From a virus (lineage: Duplodnaviria > Caudoviricetes): a stretch of DNA of 58,728 nucleotides. The position numbers were made by a program, and so were the translations under genes. Positions 1-9,366 of this stretch are shown here, piece by piece. Within the stretch, counting starts at the first letter, position 1; each line of letters begins with the position of its first letter. Under the pieces are notes generated by a model. The model had not been told where the DNA came from. It ran no database searches and was given only the letters and a program-made list of their open reading frames with translations. The DNA is taken from positions 1 through 58,728 of the IMG/VR virus record IMGVR_UViG_3300036760_000561; one strand, given 5' to 3'.

Positions 1-190
1 GCCCCTCCGGTTCCTCCAATGGCAAGTAGGTGCCGCGCCCCTGCGAGGGCGTCCACCGACTCACGACCCACGGATTCTCAAAACGTCGGAGCGGCGGGCC
101 GGGGTTGTCGTCGGGCGTCCACGCGAGATCGTTGCCATCGTGCCGTTCGGCCTGCAGCGGCGGCGTCCACCAGAGTTGCGGCGCGGGCAG
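1..190. repeat. Terminal near-duplicate of 58539-58728
   Basis: First 127 bp identical to 58539-58665; 4 substitutions (128, 137, 164, 182) in the remaining 63 bp. Confidence 0.95.
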
Positions 191-1009
191 GGGGCCGGGG
201 AAGTCCTCATCCATCACCGGGACAGCGGGCGTCGGACGCTCGTCGTTGAATTGGAACGAAGCCGCCAGCGTCGTGGTCAGCAGCGAGGCAGCGGCAAAGA
301 CGCCTAGTGCCGCTTGGGCCATCGCCGGGACGACGCCACTCCACACATCAGTTTCGGAATCGTCGGGTGGGGTGAACACCAGCGTCCGGCTGATCTCGAA
401 CCACGGATTGAGGGCCGTGGTGCCCGTTTCGTTTTCCGCGAGGTCCGAGGCGTTGTCCGATCCAAACGACATGGTGCCCGTGACCGTCGTTCCGCCCGCC
501 GTGCTGACCTGCCCACCGACCTCGATCACCAGTCGGTCGCCGGACACGGTGGTGTACCCGGTGGTCAGGGTGTCGCCATCGGCCAGCGTCTTGCTCGTCA
601 GCGTCCCGTTAATCCACTCGGTCGTGTTCGGCCCCACATGACCCAAGGCCAACATCGTCGCCTGGAGCGTCGTGCCGTCTTGCGAATAAACTTTGACGCA
701 AATCGGCTGGCGATTGATGTTGTCGTTGACACCCGACTCATTGCAGCGGATGTAGCACTTGATGGTGTCGCTGGTGACGAACGCGATCCCGGCAGCGAGC
801 GGATCGGAAATGAACTGCACGGCCAGCGCCGAGTCACTGGCCGCCGCCGCCCCGTTCGCCCAGATCGTCGTCGAGGCGGCAGCGGAACCATCTTTATAGG
901 CGAGGAGCCGACGCCGGACCCCTTCGGTGGTGCGGGTCCACGCGGCAAATCCGGGGGTGAGCCCATCGGGCGCCCCCGCCGTACTGGTGAGATAGAGTCT
1001 TGTTGCCAT
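1..1009 (-). CDS. N-terminal part of a Pro/Asp-rich repeat protein (runs off the window start, continues at 58728-56878); putative virion accessory protein
   Basis: Hand translation from ATG 1009 (MATRLYLTSTAGAPDG...DEDFPGPLPAPQLWWTPP...) is open to position 1; missing from the ORF track because it has no stop. Confidence 0.8.
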   Translation of the reverse strand, partial: MATRLYLTSTAGAPDGLTPGFAAWTRTTEGVRRRLLAYKDGSAAASTTIWANGAAAASDSALAVQFISDPLAAGIAFVTSDTIKCYIRCNESGVNDNINRQPICVKVYSQDGTTLQATMLALGHVGPNTTEWINGTLTSKTLADGDTLTTGYTTVSGDRLVIEVGGQVSTAGGTTVTGTMSFGSDNASDLAENETGTTALNPWFEISRTLVFTPPDDSETDVWSGVVPAMAQAALGVFAAASLLTTTLAASFQFNDERPTPAVPVMDEDFPGPLPAPQLWWTPPLQAERHDGNDLAWTPDDNPGPPLRRFENPWVVSRWTPSQGRGTYLPLEEPEG

Positions 1010-1072
1010 GCCCCGTCACACACCTACCGGGAGGAGAATCGCGCTCCTCTCGGTAGGCCGTGTGATCGATCC

Positions 1073-1567
1073 TTACTCAGCGACTTCGGCGCTAACGTGG
1101 TGCGCCATCGCCGTGACGCCGCACACCGAGTTGATGTCCAACTCGTCGCTCGACCCGCCCTCGATGCAGATCGTCGAATCGGGGTTCGGGGCCACCCACC
1201 CACCGGGGCCAGCCGCGCCACAGGAGAACGCGAGCTGGTACACGCCGGACACGGTGCCCGCTGTGATGGCGCTCACCTTGTCCGCCGCCGTGATGAGACA
1301 GGCGGTGAACACGCCTGCACCCATCGCCCGGCGGGGCGATCCGACCACCGCCGTCCCGCCCGTCCCCGCCGTCGTCCACCGCCGAATGCGGTAGCCGATG
1401 CCGGTGATCGCGGTCAGGCTCGCGCCCCGGCCCTGCACATAGATCGCCTGCACATCAGCGTTGCGCGCCCCGCCGCGTAGCACGAGCGTCGGGTCTTCGG
1501 TGTTGGGCGTGGCGTGCGTCGTGTACGGCGTCGCCGGAGCACCATCGAACCCATAGACCATCGGCAT
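1073..1567 (-). CDS. Hypothetical Gly/Thr/Ala-rich beta-type protein, putative virion accessory
   Basis: Strong AAGGAGG RBS; composition; co-oriented gene block. Confidence 0.6.
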   Translation of the reverse strand: MPMVYGFDGAPATPYTTHATPNTEDPTLVLRGGARNADVQAIYVQGRGASLTAITGIGYRIRRWTTAGTGGTAVVGSPRRAMGAGVFTACLITAADKVSAITAGTVSGVYQLAFSCGAAGPGGWVAPNPDSTICIEGGSSDELDINSVCGVTAMAHHVSAEVAE

Positions 1568-1579
1568 ACCACTACCTCC

Positions 1580-1933
1580 TTATGAAGCGCCACCCTGTTT
1601 GATGAGCGCGGCGAGCGGGGTGGCGTCCGCTTCCACGACTTGCACGAGTTCCTGCTCGGTCAAGGGCCGACCGAATTGATCCATCTGCTCTTGAGCAACC
1701 AACTCCCAAAACACTTCGTCCGGCATGAGCAATTCATTTTGCGCGACCGCGTAGGTGGCGGCGCATTCCTTACAGAGCCACGACACGAAACGCATGTTCT
1801 GCTCCGGTACGCTGCCTCCGGCGACGCCGCAGTTGTAGCAGTAGATGGGAATCCAGTAGGCCCCATCGGCACCGAGTCGAGCCCCACGTACGAGCCGTGG
1901 ACGGGAATCCGGCAACAGGTCAGCCATCGTCAT
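1580..1933 (-). CDS. Hypothetical zinc-finger protein
   Basis: CYNC...CKEC pairs; start overlaps upstream stop. Confidence 0.6.
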   Translation of the reverse strand: MTMADLLPDSRPRLVRGARLGADGAYWIPIYCYNCGVAGGSVPEQNMRFVSWLCKECAATYAVAQNELLMPDEVFWELVAQEQMDQFGRPLTEQELVQVVEADATPLAALIKQGGAS

Positions 1934-2790
1934 CCTCCCCATAATGCGGTCGCAGACGGCTCGACCATCCCGCTCGTCATCCAGCCGTCGTCATTGGCCC
2001 AGGTGAAACCATCCGGCACGCGGTACGGCGCACGCGGGCGAAACCGGAGGGCGGGCAGCGCCAGCCCCAGCCCCAGCGTGGCCCCGGTCACGGTGCCGGT
2101 GTTGTGGTAGCCGGAGTGATCGAGCACGACACCCGCGCCCTCCTTGCCGGGATACCAGAGGCCCACACAGCCCGACATCACCGCAGGGAACGGCTCATCC
2201 AGCGCGGAGACTTTCCACGCCTGGAGTTCGGGCAGCGTGAGGAGGCGCGTTCCGAAATAGGCCGCTGCACCAAGCCGCCCCGATATGGCGGACGTGGGGC
2301 TGCCCTTGGTTTTGTTGCCTAACCCGAGTGAGGCTGTGGCGAGCGAGGTAAACCCGTTGGACTTGTCCGTGCCCACCGTCACGGCACATCGTCGCATCGG
2401 GCGAACGAGATCACCGACGAACAGCCTCATTCGATCACCAGCACCCCCGGCGTTGTTGATCTGGACCGCCAGACAATACCACGTGTTGACCACCAGTCCG
2501 GCGTCGGTGGTTTCGTAGACACAGTTTCCATTGGCCAGCGTATCATTGTTCGAGAACAGGCGAAACTCTGTGGTGCCGCGAAACTGTGTGATCCATCCGT
2601 CGTTTGTTGCAGCGATTTCTTTTGAAAACGGTACTTTCAGGTTCGCGAGTGTGGTGGGGTACACCCACCCGATGGTGGTCATGGTGTCGCCCGTCGCCGC
2701 ATCACACACGCCGCAGTTCACCCGGTCGCTGGTCGCGGCGCCGAACGTCAACGCCGCCGACTGCTGGAAGGACCGCACGCCGCGTGGCAT
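1930..2790 (-). CDS. LamG/concanavalin A-like domain protein
   Basis: TTIGWVYP...NTWYCLAV...MRLFV...GLWY...VLDHSGYHNTGT pattern typical of LamG-like virion proteins. Confidence 0.65.
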   Translation of the reverse strand: MPRGVRSFQQSAALTFGAATSDRVNCGVCDAATGDTMTTIGWVYPTTLANLKVPFSKEIAATNDGWITQFRGTTEFRLFSNNDTLANGNCVYETTDAGLVVNTWYCLAVQINNAGGAGDRMRLFVGDLVRPMRRCAVTVGTDKSNGFTSLATASLGLGNKTKGSPTSAISGRLGAAAYFGTRLLTLPELQAWKVSALDEPFPAVMSGCVGLWYPGKEGAGVVLDHSGYHNTGTVTGATLGLGLALPALRFRPRAPYRVPDGFTWANDDGWMTSGMVEPSATALWGG

Positions 2791-2792
2791 CG

Positions 2793-3209
2793 TTAGCTCG
2801 CCCGCGCCCGCGACACGTCGGCCACGCTGACGCTCTGCCCGAACAGTTGCTCGGCCCGACTGCCCTTGCGGGTCAGGAGCGCCGTCAGGGCCGTGCGGGT
2901 GGGGCCGAGAGTGAACATCGCCGCGAACGCCGCTCGCACATTGGCGTTGCTGCTATCCACCTGCCCCGCGCCGGTCAGCGTCTGATACCGTTGTTTCTCG
3001 GCGGCACTGAGCGCGGTCCACTCGGTGGCCACCGTGGCGTTGATGATCTCGTAGGCCGGGATCACCCCGCGATCAATGTCAATCGTCGCCTGCACCGCGT
3101 TCAGCAGGTCAGCTGCCACCCAATCCGTGCCGGTGGCGAGCGGTACCGCATAGCCCCGTCCGGTCGGGTCGGTCAGCAGTTCGGTTTTGAGCGCCGCGAG
3201 ATCGATCAT
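2793..3209 (-). CDS. Hypothetical protein (accessory virion block)
   Basis: Tightly coupled ORF; starts with LKTELLTDPTGRGY. Confidence 0.6.
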   Translation of the reverse strand: MIDLAALKTELLTDPTGRGYAVPLATGTDWVAADLLNAVQATIDIDRGVIPAYEIINATVATEWTALSAAEKQRYQTLTGAGQVDSSNANVRAAFAAMFTLGPTRTALTALLTRKGSRAEQLFGQSVSVADVSRARAS

Positions 3210-3649
3210 TGGAGTTCGTCGTTTCCGGTATAGAGCGTCACGGTGTTGGCGGACGCCGCGAACGCCACGCCGGTCGCGTTGTAGAGCACCGGCTTGAACT
3301 TCCCGGCCGGGAGCAGGAACAGCGGCGTCATGATCCGCTTGGCGGCGGCGCCGGTCGTCACCAACACCCGCGCCGCCAGCATGTGGGTACCGGGGTTGGT
3401 GCTGGACGGGGCATCCTCGTAGGTCGTGCCGTCCAGCGATTGCACGAGGTACAGCTCCAGATACGCCCCCGCCGCTGGGGTCAGCGACTCGAGCACAATG
3501 TCGGCCCAGCCGAATTGATCGCCGTTCACCGTGTTGTCGAACGCGGTGCCCACCGCCGAGAACCCCACATTGGCGAGGGAGTTGAGTTCGGTGGTGAGCC
3601 CGGTGCCCCGACTGAGCGGAGCCGCTTGCCAGAGTACCGCGTTCGGCAT
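3206..3649 (-). CDS. Hypothetical beta-sandwich protein (accessory virion block)
   Basis: Coupled ORF; YLVQSLDGTTYED motif; beta-rich composition. Confidence 0.6.
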   Translation of the reverse strand: MPNAVLWQAAPLSRGTGLTTELNSLANVGFSAVGTAFDNTVNGDQFGWADIVLESLTPAAGAYLELYLVQSLDGTTYEDAPSSTNPGTHMLAARVLVTTGAAAKRIMTPLFLLPAGKFKPVLYNATGVAFAASANTVTLYTGNDELQ

Positions 3650-3652
3650 GAG

Positions 3653-3961
3653 CTAGGCCCTTTCTGTGGTGCGGAGAATTGCCTTGTCTACGCTCGACAC
3701 ATGCACCCCGAAGGCGCGGGCCACCGTCGCTTTGGAGTGTCCGTCAACCACCAGCTGTCGCATCAAATCCCACCGCGCTTGACGGTGCGCGATCAACTCC
3801 GCATCACCCCATGCCCGTCCGGGGCGCTGCGGTCCCTGCAAATGGTCCGGCACCGAAAGAGGGGCAGGACTTGACCGACCTCCACCGTGGATTGCGGTGT
3901 GCGGAGGATTTTTCACGCCATCCCTGTCGCGTCGGCCAAGCCCACCCCGGTCGGTGGTCAT
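3653..3961 (-). CDS. Small protein with C-terminal helix-turn-helix
   Basis: GHSKATVARAFGVHVSSVDKAI is HTH-like. Confidence 0.5.
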   Translation of the reverse strand: MTTDRGGLGRRDRDGVKNPPHTAIHGGGRSSPAPLSVPDHLQGPQRPGRAWGDAELIAHRQARWDLMRQLVVDGHSKATVARAFGVHVSSVDKAILRTTERA

Positions 3962-4638
3962 AGCGCGATCTGCACGAGATCGCAGCCGCTCGCGGTGATC
4001 GTGCCGCCACTTTGTTTCCACTCCAGGCAGAACAGGTCCGCCACCGCCTGCTGGCGCGGACTCACCACCGCCACCCGCGTCGGGAGCGCCGCGTACAACG
4101 CATCACAGCCCGGTCGGTCCTGCGTCCGTTCCGCCACCGCGCCCCCGTGGAAGGTCAGGAAGGCGCAAAACTGTTGCTGCTGCCTCGCGACAATCGTCGG
4201 GCGGTCGGGCTTCACATCGAGCGCAATGACCACCAGCGAGCTATCCACCTGAATCGGTCCCGGGGCGCCCGGTCCCTTCATCACTTTCCATGTCACCGTG
4301 GACGCAGCAGACGTTTTCCCGCTCTGCGTGCTCACCACGCTCGCGGTGAAGGTCACCGAGTCCCACACCGCCGGGCCAAGAGCGGTGAACGCCAGCGAGG
4401 TATCCGTCACCGCCGTCCCGGTCGGCAGCCCCGACCAGCCCGCCGGAGTGGACGCCACCGTGACCCGGTAGCCCGTCGCTCGCGCCCCCTTGCCCCAGCG
4501 GAGCTTGTAGGGCAGGGAATCGCCCGGCGCGAACATCGTCGGGGCGAAATCCGCCAACGCGAGATTCGCGGGCGGGCGTGGCGTGCCGCTCGCGGTGGTG
4601 CAGGCTGCCATGAGCGCGACGGCCAGAATCCATTTCAT
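3958..4638 (-). CDS. Lipoprotein with FN3/Ig-like domains
   Basis: MKWILAVALMAAC signal with lipobox; beta-rich body. Confidence 0.6.
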   Translation of the reverse strand: MKWILAVALMAACTTASGTPRPPANLALADFAPTMFAPGDSLPYKLRWGKGARATGYRVTVASTPAGWSGLPTGTAVTDTSLAFTALGPAVWDSVTFTASVVSTQSGKTSAASTVTWKVMKGPGAPGPIQVDSSLVVIALDVKPDRPTIVARQQQQFCAFLTFHGGAVAERTQDRPGCDALYAALPTRVAVVSPRQQAVADLFCLEWKQSGGTITASGCDLVQIAL

Positions 4639-4651
4639 ACGATGCACTCCT

Positions 4652-4978
4652 TCAGAATGTGATCGTCGGCACGGTGCCGAGCGCCGCCGCCTTGCCCGCC
4701 GCTTCAAGTTCGCCGTGTGCCCCTTGCCAAATGCGTTGCCAAATCACCCGCCACCCGCCGCGCTCATGCTCCTGCCGTGCATGGGTACACTCATGCCGGA
4801 GCAGGGCCAGAAACGTTGGGGCATACAATACGTGTTCTGCTTTTCTGAACCGCACGGTGCCGAACAGCGTCACCGCGTTGTGGCCGAGAAGTCGCGGAAT
4901 CCATGACGACCCAACCAGCGGGACCGTCAAGGTAAGGCCATCCGGCCATGTGGCGACTACGACGCGGTGAATCGCCAT
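4652..4978 (-). CDS. Small HExxH metallopeptidase-like protein (DUF4157-like)
   Basis: AVTLFGTV...LLRHECTHARQ...ELEA. Confidence 0.55.
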   Translation of the reverse strand: MAIHRVVVATWPDGLTLTVPLVGSSWIPRLLGHNAVTLFGTVRFRKAEHVLYAPTFLALLRHECTHARQEHERGGWRVIWQRIWQGAHGELEAAGKAAALGTVPTITF

Positions 4979-4979
4979 G

Positions 4980-5261
4980 CTACGCGGTCTTTTTCTGCGA
5001 AAGCTTGAACACATACGCCAGCCCGGCACTCGCCAGCGCCCCGACGTCACCTTGCGTGAGCGTGGTCAGGTCGGCTCCGGTCAACGCGATGCCCGCCGCC
5101 ACCGCTTTGGTGAACAGCCATGCACTCACCCCGACGATGATTTGCGTGACAGGCGCTGGCAATCCGTCCAGCAACGACACGCCTTTCTTGATCTTGTCGT
5201 AGAGTGGGACAAGCACCGCCGCCACGACAATCGGAATCATGAACATGAAAAGATCTTTCAT
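4980..5261 (-). CDS. Holin-like membrane protein
   Basis: 2-3 hydrophobic segments, basic C-terminus, directly downstream of endolysin. Confidence 0.5.
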   Translation of the reverse strand: MKDLFMFMIPIVVAAVLVPLYDKIKKGVSLLDGLPAPVTQIIVGVSAWLFTKAVAAGIALTGADLTTLTQGDVGALASAGLAYVFKLSQKKTA

Positions 5262-5296
5262 ACGTCCCCCCCTGTGAGGCGGCTTCCGCCGCCAAG

Positions 5297-5761
5297 TTAA
5301 ACTGCCCACCGGATAAAGCGATCCAGCGGCCCAAATGTTCGGGTGCGGCGGAAGTAACCCCACCCCTCCCGGCTGCCCGCGCCCGACGTATTGCCTTCCA
5401 GCGTGCTGCAACTGCCGTCTGCGTTCACCTTCTCGACGAACCCGGTATGCGCGAAGCGGTTCATCTTGGGGAACCAGAGCAGGAACACATCCCCGGCGAC
5501 CGGAGCTTCGACGACCAGCCCCTTCGCCTTCGACTTCTCATACAACATCTGGCAGCCACCCGTTAGGGTTAGGGGCCACCGGTTCCCGATGGCCTTGACC
5601 CCGACCCACGCGACCGCCGCCGCACACCACGGATCACCCTTCTTGAGCCCGACCACCGCCAGATATTCCTCCACCTTGAGGCCGCTGTTAGTGTTTGGGG
5701 GGCACTCGGTCACGTTGACCTGCGTGTCCGCGATCAGCAGCACGCGCTCAAGGTCAGTCAT
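5297..5761 (-). CDS. CHAP-domain endolysin
   Basis: PWCAAAVAW, AHTGFV and TLEGNT catalytic motifs. Confidence 0.85.
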   Translation of the reverse strand: MTDLERVLLIADTQVNVTECPPNTNSGLKVEEYLAVVGLKKGDPWCAAAVAWVGVKAIGNRWPLTLTGGCQMLYEKSKAKGLVVEAPVAGDVFLLWFPKMNRFAHTGFVEKVNADGSCSTLEGNTSGAGSREGWGYFRRTRTFGPLDRFIRWAV

Positions 5762-6086
5762 GGGTCGGCTCCACCCCGTCTGTGCGCCGTTCCTGAATCA
5801 CCCGCGTCGTCTGGTCAATGATCGTCCTCGATTCGGTTGATGTCGCTGCCTTGCTCTTGAGGAAGGCCATGAACATTCGCGCCCCGAAGATGGCCGACGC
5901 CAGCACGATCAGTTCTCCAACTGAGAACACGACACCCCACGCCTTTTCGATCAGCACGGCCAGCACAAACACGACGCCAATCGCCTTGCCGTGATCCACT
6001 TTGCCGTGATCGTCCACGCAATCCAGCGCCCGAAGCGGGTGCCAGAGGAGTTGGGCCACGAGCGGCCATCCCCGATAGGGAAACAT
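5754..6086 (-). CDS. Membrane protein, holin-like
   Basis: Two hydrophobic helices; lysis cassette. Confidence 0.5.
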   Translation of the reverse strand: MFPYRGWPLVAQLLWHPLRALDCVDDHGKVDHGKAIGVVFVLAVLIEKAWGVVFSVGELIVLASAIFGARMFMAFLKSKAATSTESRTIIDQTTRVIQERRTDGVEPTHD

Positions 6087-6334
6087 CAGGACGGGTTCCG
6101 GTGTTCGGCGGTGTCCCGCCGAAGGCGTCGGTCCTTGAGCACCTTGCCGGTCACATCCTTGGCCGTCTTGGTTCCGGCCATCAGGCCCCCGAACGCCATC
6201 ACTTCCATCGTGAAGTGCTCACTCATTCGCTCTCCCCACACGACATGGGCGATGATGGCGGTGAACACCAACGCGACTCCCGTCCCCGAAACCAGCCACC
6301 ACGGCACCTCGTTCCGTTCGCGTGTGGGCATCAT
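6086..6334 (-). CDS. Small membrane protein (lysis cassette)
   Basis: Hydrophobic helices, basic tail. Confidence 0.45.
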   Translation of the reverse strand: MMPTRERNEVPWWLVSGTGVALVFTAIIAHVVWGERMSEHFTMEVMAFGGLMAGTKTAKDVTGKVLKDRRLRRDTAEHRNPS

Positions 6335-6711
6335 TGCGCCCCCTGTCTACTCGGTCGTACGAAGTTAGGACACGCCACTTCTGGTATCCGCCCCCGCTGG
6401 ATCAACGCCAATTCGGTCGGCGTGAACAAGCGACAGAGCACCAGCATTTGCCGCACACCGATGAGGCTCACGGTATCCTGCACGGTACTAAGTTTCTTCC
6501 CGTTCGTCCCCACGATTGCCTGAATAGACTCTACCGTGGTCGTGAACCTCATGTCGGCGTCCTTGCGTTCCTGTCGCTCCAAGTCCAGCTTCGCCCCCGG
6601 CGACAACAGGCTGCCGCCGAGCCACAGAATCATCCCCGTCATGAACGAGGTGATGGCGACGATGCCGCCGAGCACTCCCACCACCTTGCGAAAGTCAAGG
6701 GCGAGCGTCAT
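6331..6711 (-). CDS. N-terminal TM plus coiled-coil protein
   Basis: Hydrophobic N-terminus; coupled ORF. Confidence 0.45.
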   Translation of the reverse strand: MTLALDFRKVVGVLGGIVAITSFMTGMILWLGGSLLSPGAKLDLERQERKDADMRFTTTVESIQAIVGTNGKKLSTVQDTVSLIGVRQMLVLCRLFTPTELALIQRGRIPEVACPNFVRPSRQGAQ

Positions 6712-6932
6712 GGTTTCCTCCGTTGGCCCTTCGTTTGCAGACTCAGCACCGTGGCTTCGAGCGCCGCGATCTTCTCCTCGGCCTTGGTGATCTGCGCCTG
6801 CGCCTCGCTCATGCGGGCGTTCACAAGACCGTGGATCGTCTCTAACGGTTTCGTCAAGGTCAGTCGCACCACGAGGCCCGTCACAATGGACACCACCCCC
6901 CCGACGACAAAGAACAACAGCGGAGCGTTCAT
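6708..6932 (-). CDS. Small TM plus coiled-coil protein
   Basis: TM then IHGLVNARMSE and coiled coil. Confidence 0.5.
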   Translation of the reverse strand: MNAPLLFFVVGGVVSIVTGLVVRLTLTKPLETIHGLVNARMSEAQAQITKAEEKIAALEATVLSLQTKGQRRKP

Positions 6933-6954
6933 CGCATTCTCTCAGCGCGTTGCA

Positions 6955-7275
6955 TCAGAGCGCCGACAAATCCCCGACCAGCCCGGTCAGCGCGGCGGAA
7001 ATCGCGTCGAGCAGGTTGGTCGAAGTAATCGTGGCTGGTGCGTCGGCCTTAGTGTAGACCCCCGAGTTGCCGACAATGGCCCAGAAGAACACTTCGACCG
7101 AACTCCTCGGATTCTCGACGGTCTTGCGTGCCCAGATCACCCGCTCCTTGTGACTCGCTACGGTGGTCGCTTCCGACAGCACGGCAACCGCAGCGACGAC
7201 CGCTTGCACGGTGCAGCGCACCATGAACGCTTCGTCCGAGCGGAGATTGAATACGTCTTGTTCTGTGGCCGCCAT
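6955..7275 (-). CDS. Hypothetical tail-associated protein
   Basis: Follows the tail fibre-like gene; RBS present. Confidence 0.5.
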   Translation of the reverse strand: MAATEQDVFNLRSDEAFMVRCTVQAVVAAVAVLSEATTVASHKERVIWARKTVENPRSSVEVFFWAIVGNSGVYTKADAPATITSTNLLDAISAALTGLVGDLSAL

Positions 7276-7285
7276 AGGTCCGCCT

Positions 7286-8590
7286 TTAGTAGATCGTTCG
7301 CATGTAGGCCAGCGTTTGCAGCCCCGAGGCGATCTTGAGGTGCGTCACACCCACGTTAGCTTGGTTGCCGGTGCTCCATGCCTGATCGCCCACATACAGC
7401 GTGTTCGTCAAGGAGCCGAGCCCGGTAACTGCTGTGCAGAAGGCCGAGAGGCCTGCGCCCGTATCAATCGCGGCCTGTGCAGCGGTCGTGAGGTTCTTAA
7501 ACTGCACCGAAAAGTCGAGGTACCCGGCCACCGGAGCCGGTATCGGGTCAGCGCGAAACTGGGTCGTCGTCCCGTCGTACACCACGGCGTCAATGTAGCG
7601 AGCCGTCGCTTCAAAACGCACCGCCAGCCGCGAGCCAGATGTACCCCGCGAGATGAGATAGTTGTCGGTCAACGTGCCTGCCAGCCCGTTCCAGAGCGGG
7701 TTCGCCACGCGAGCGTACCATGTCTCGTTGACCGACAGCGGCCAGAGCGCCGGATAGGTCAGCGCGTCGCCGTTGCGCGCGACGGCCACCGTGGTCGTCT
7801 TGATGTAGCCGCCCCCCGACAACGCATCATACGCCACGACCCCGCCCGCGTACACGGTGCCGGTGTTGGCAATTGCCAGTGCGGCGTCTGAGGCAGGGTA
7901 CACTTCCAGCTTATTGGTACTCGCGGCGGTGACGCTGGTAGTCTGAAACTCGAAGTAGTAGACCCCATTCGCCAGCGCCACCGGGCTTCCGGCAGCGGAG
8001 CCGGTCGTCATCACCACCGTTGGCACCCCACCGGCCCATGTGACAATACACAACAGTCGGTTGGCACCCGCCGTCGAATCGCGCAAGCGCAGCGCCGTGC
8101 TGGTGGAGGTGCCCGCCGCCATGTGGATGCCGATGGTCTTGATCGCATCGCCCACAAACCCGATTAACGAGGTATTGGTATACCCCTCGGCAGTCGCCGC
8201 CGTGTCGTCCCCAATGAGGTCCAGCACCACATCGCCGCACTTGAGCGCCGCCGCCGTGCGGGTCGGGGTGCCAATCACCGTCCATGAGGTGCCGAAATCC
8301 TCCGACTGAATGATGCGATTGGTGCGAGCCGGTTCCAGCAGCAGCGCCGTTTCGTAAGGGCTGACCGTCCCCGCTCGCGCTCCCCGCCATTGATAGTTAG
8401 CTACCTTGTACGGTTTCCCGGCGCTGTCCACCCCATAGGCCACCGTGTCGCGCACATAGGTCGCGGTCTGGCCGGAGTTGAGGCCCGCCAGCGTGAGCGG
8501 CGTGCGCAGGATGTAGTCGGTGCGCAGGTCGAACAGCAGGCTCGACCGCCGACTGACTTGCGAGCGCGGCTGCGGATTGGGGCGCTTCAC
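7286..8590 (-). CDS. Tail fibre/spike-like protein
   Basis: LLLEPARTNRI...SEDF and YIKTTTVAVARNGD motifs common in phage fibre/spike proteins. Confidence 0.7.
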   Translation of the reverse strand: MKRPNPQPRSQVSRRSSLLFDLRTDYILRTPLTLAGLNSGQTATYVRDTVAYGVDSAGKPYKVANYQWRGARAGTVSPYETALLLEPARTNRIIQSEDFGTSWTVIGTPTRTAAALKCGDVVLDLIGDDTAATAEGYTNTSLIGFVGDAIKTIGIHMAAGTSTSTALRLRDSTAGANRLLCIVTWAGGVPTVVMTTGSAAGSPVALANGVYYFEFQTTSVTAASTNKLEVYPASDAALAIANTGTVYAGGVVAYDALSGGGYIKTTTVAVARNGDALTYPALWPLSVNETWYARVANPLWNGLAGTLTDNYLISRGTSGSRLAVRFEATARYIDAVVYDGTTTQFRADPIPAPVAGYLDFSVQFKNLTTAAQAAIDTGAGLSAFCTAVTGLGSLTNTLYVGDQAWSTGNQANVGVTHLKIASGLQTLAYMRTIY

Positions 8591-9366
8591 GACAGGTACG
8601 CCTTGCGGCTGTAGTAGGTCGCGCTCACCGCGTTGGTGATCTTCACCATCGGTGCATCCCCCGGATCAAAGATCGGGAAGGTTTCCGTCGTGCCTAACGT
8701 CGCCATGATGTTGGTGCTGGTGACGTTATTCCAGCGCGTGATCGTCCATTGATCGAAGTCAATGTCCACATACTCCGCCGCAGTCCATGTCGTTGTCAGC
8801 GTCATGGTGTAGCGCGGGGTGCCCGCACGGTCGGCAATCACGATGGTACACGGGCTGGTGCCCGCGCCCACGAGCCGTAGAAAGCCACCTTGCGGAGCGG
8901 TGCCCACCGGAACCGCTGTGTAGGTGGCACCATCGCAAAGGATATGCGTCACCTCGGCCACCAGTGCATAGAAGTATGGGTCGGTGGATTCCAGTTGTAG
9001 GTCGAGCAGGGCCTCCCTGATCGCCAGCGACGCGGACCCGACGCCCTCTAGGCTGCTCGACGCCACGCGAGCATACACAAAACGGTTGGGGTCGTCGTTG
9101 ATGCGTACCTCGATCACGCCTTGCAGCGCCAGCATCAGCGCATCCAATTCCGTCTTGCGAGTCGCCACGCTGGTTGGCGTGAAATACAAACCAAAACGCA
9201 TGGTGCGACGCGGATACGTTGCCGGGATCGCCAGCCACGACCCAGCCCGACCGGAGATCGCCACGGCGTCCAGTTGAGCGCTCGACAGATCGCTCCACCC
9301 TGAAAGGCTGGTCGCTACACAACGAAAATCCACAATGTCGCGCCCGTTGATCCAGATGTCCGTCAT
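8587..9366 (-). CDS. Distal tail (Dit)-like protein
   Basis: Position; LESTDPYFY motif. Confidence 0.65.
   Translation of the reverse strand: MTDIWINGRDIVDFRCVATSLSGWSDLSSAQLDAVAISGRAGSWLAIPATYPRRTMRFGLYFTPTSVATRKTELDALMLALQGVIEVRINDDPNRFVYARVASSSLEGVGSASLAIREALLDLQLESTDPYFYALVAEVTHILCDGATYTAVPVGTAPQGGFLRLVGAGTSPCTIVIADRAGTPRYTMTLTTTWTAAEYVDIDFDQWTITRWNNVTSTNIMATLGTTETFPIFDPGDAPMVKITNAVSATYYSRKAYLS

Noticed and set aside
314-1480. 388-aa plus-strand ORF and similar long antisense ORFs (6322-7338, 12917-13759, 17417-18457)
   Set aside because: Arg-rich shadows of GC-rich minus-strand genes, without motifs
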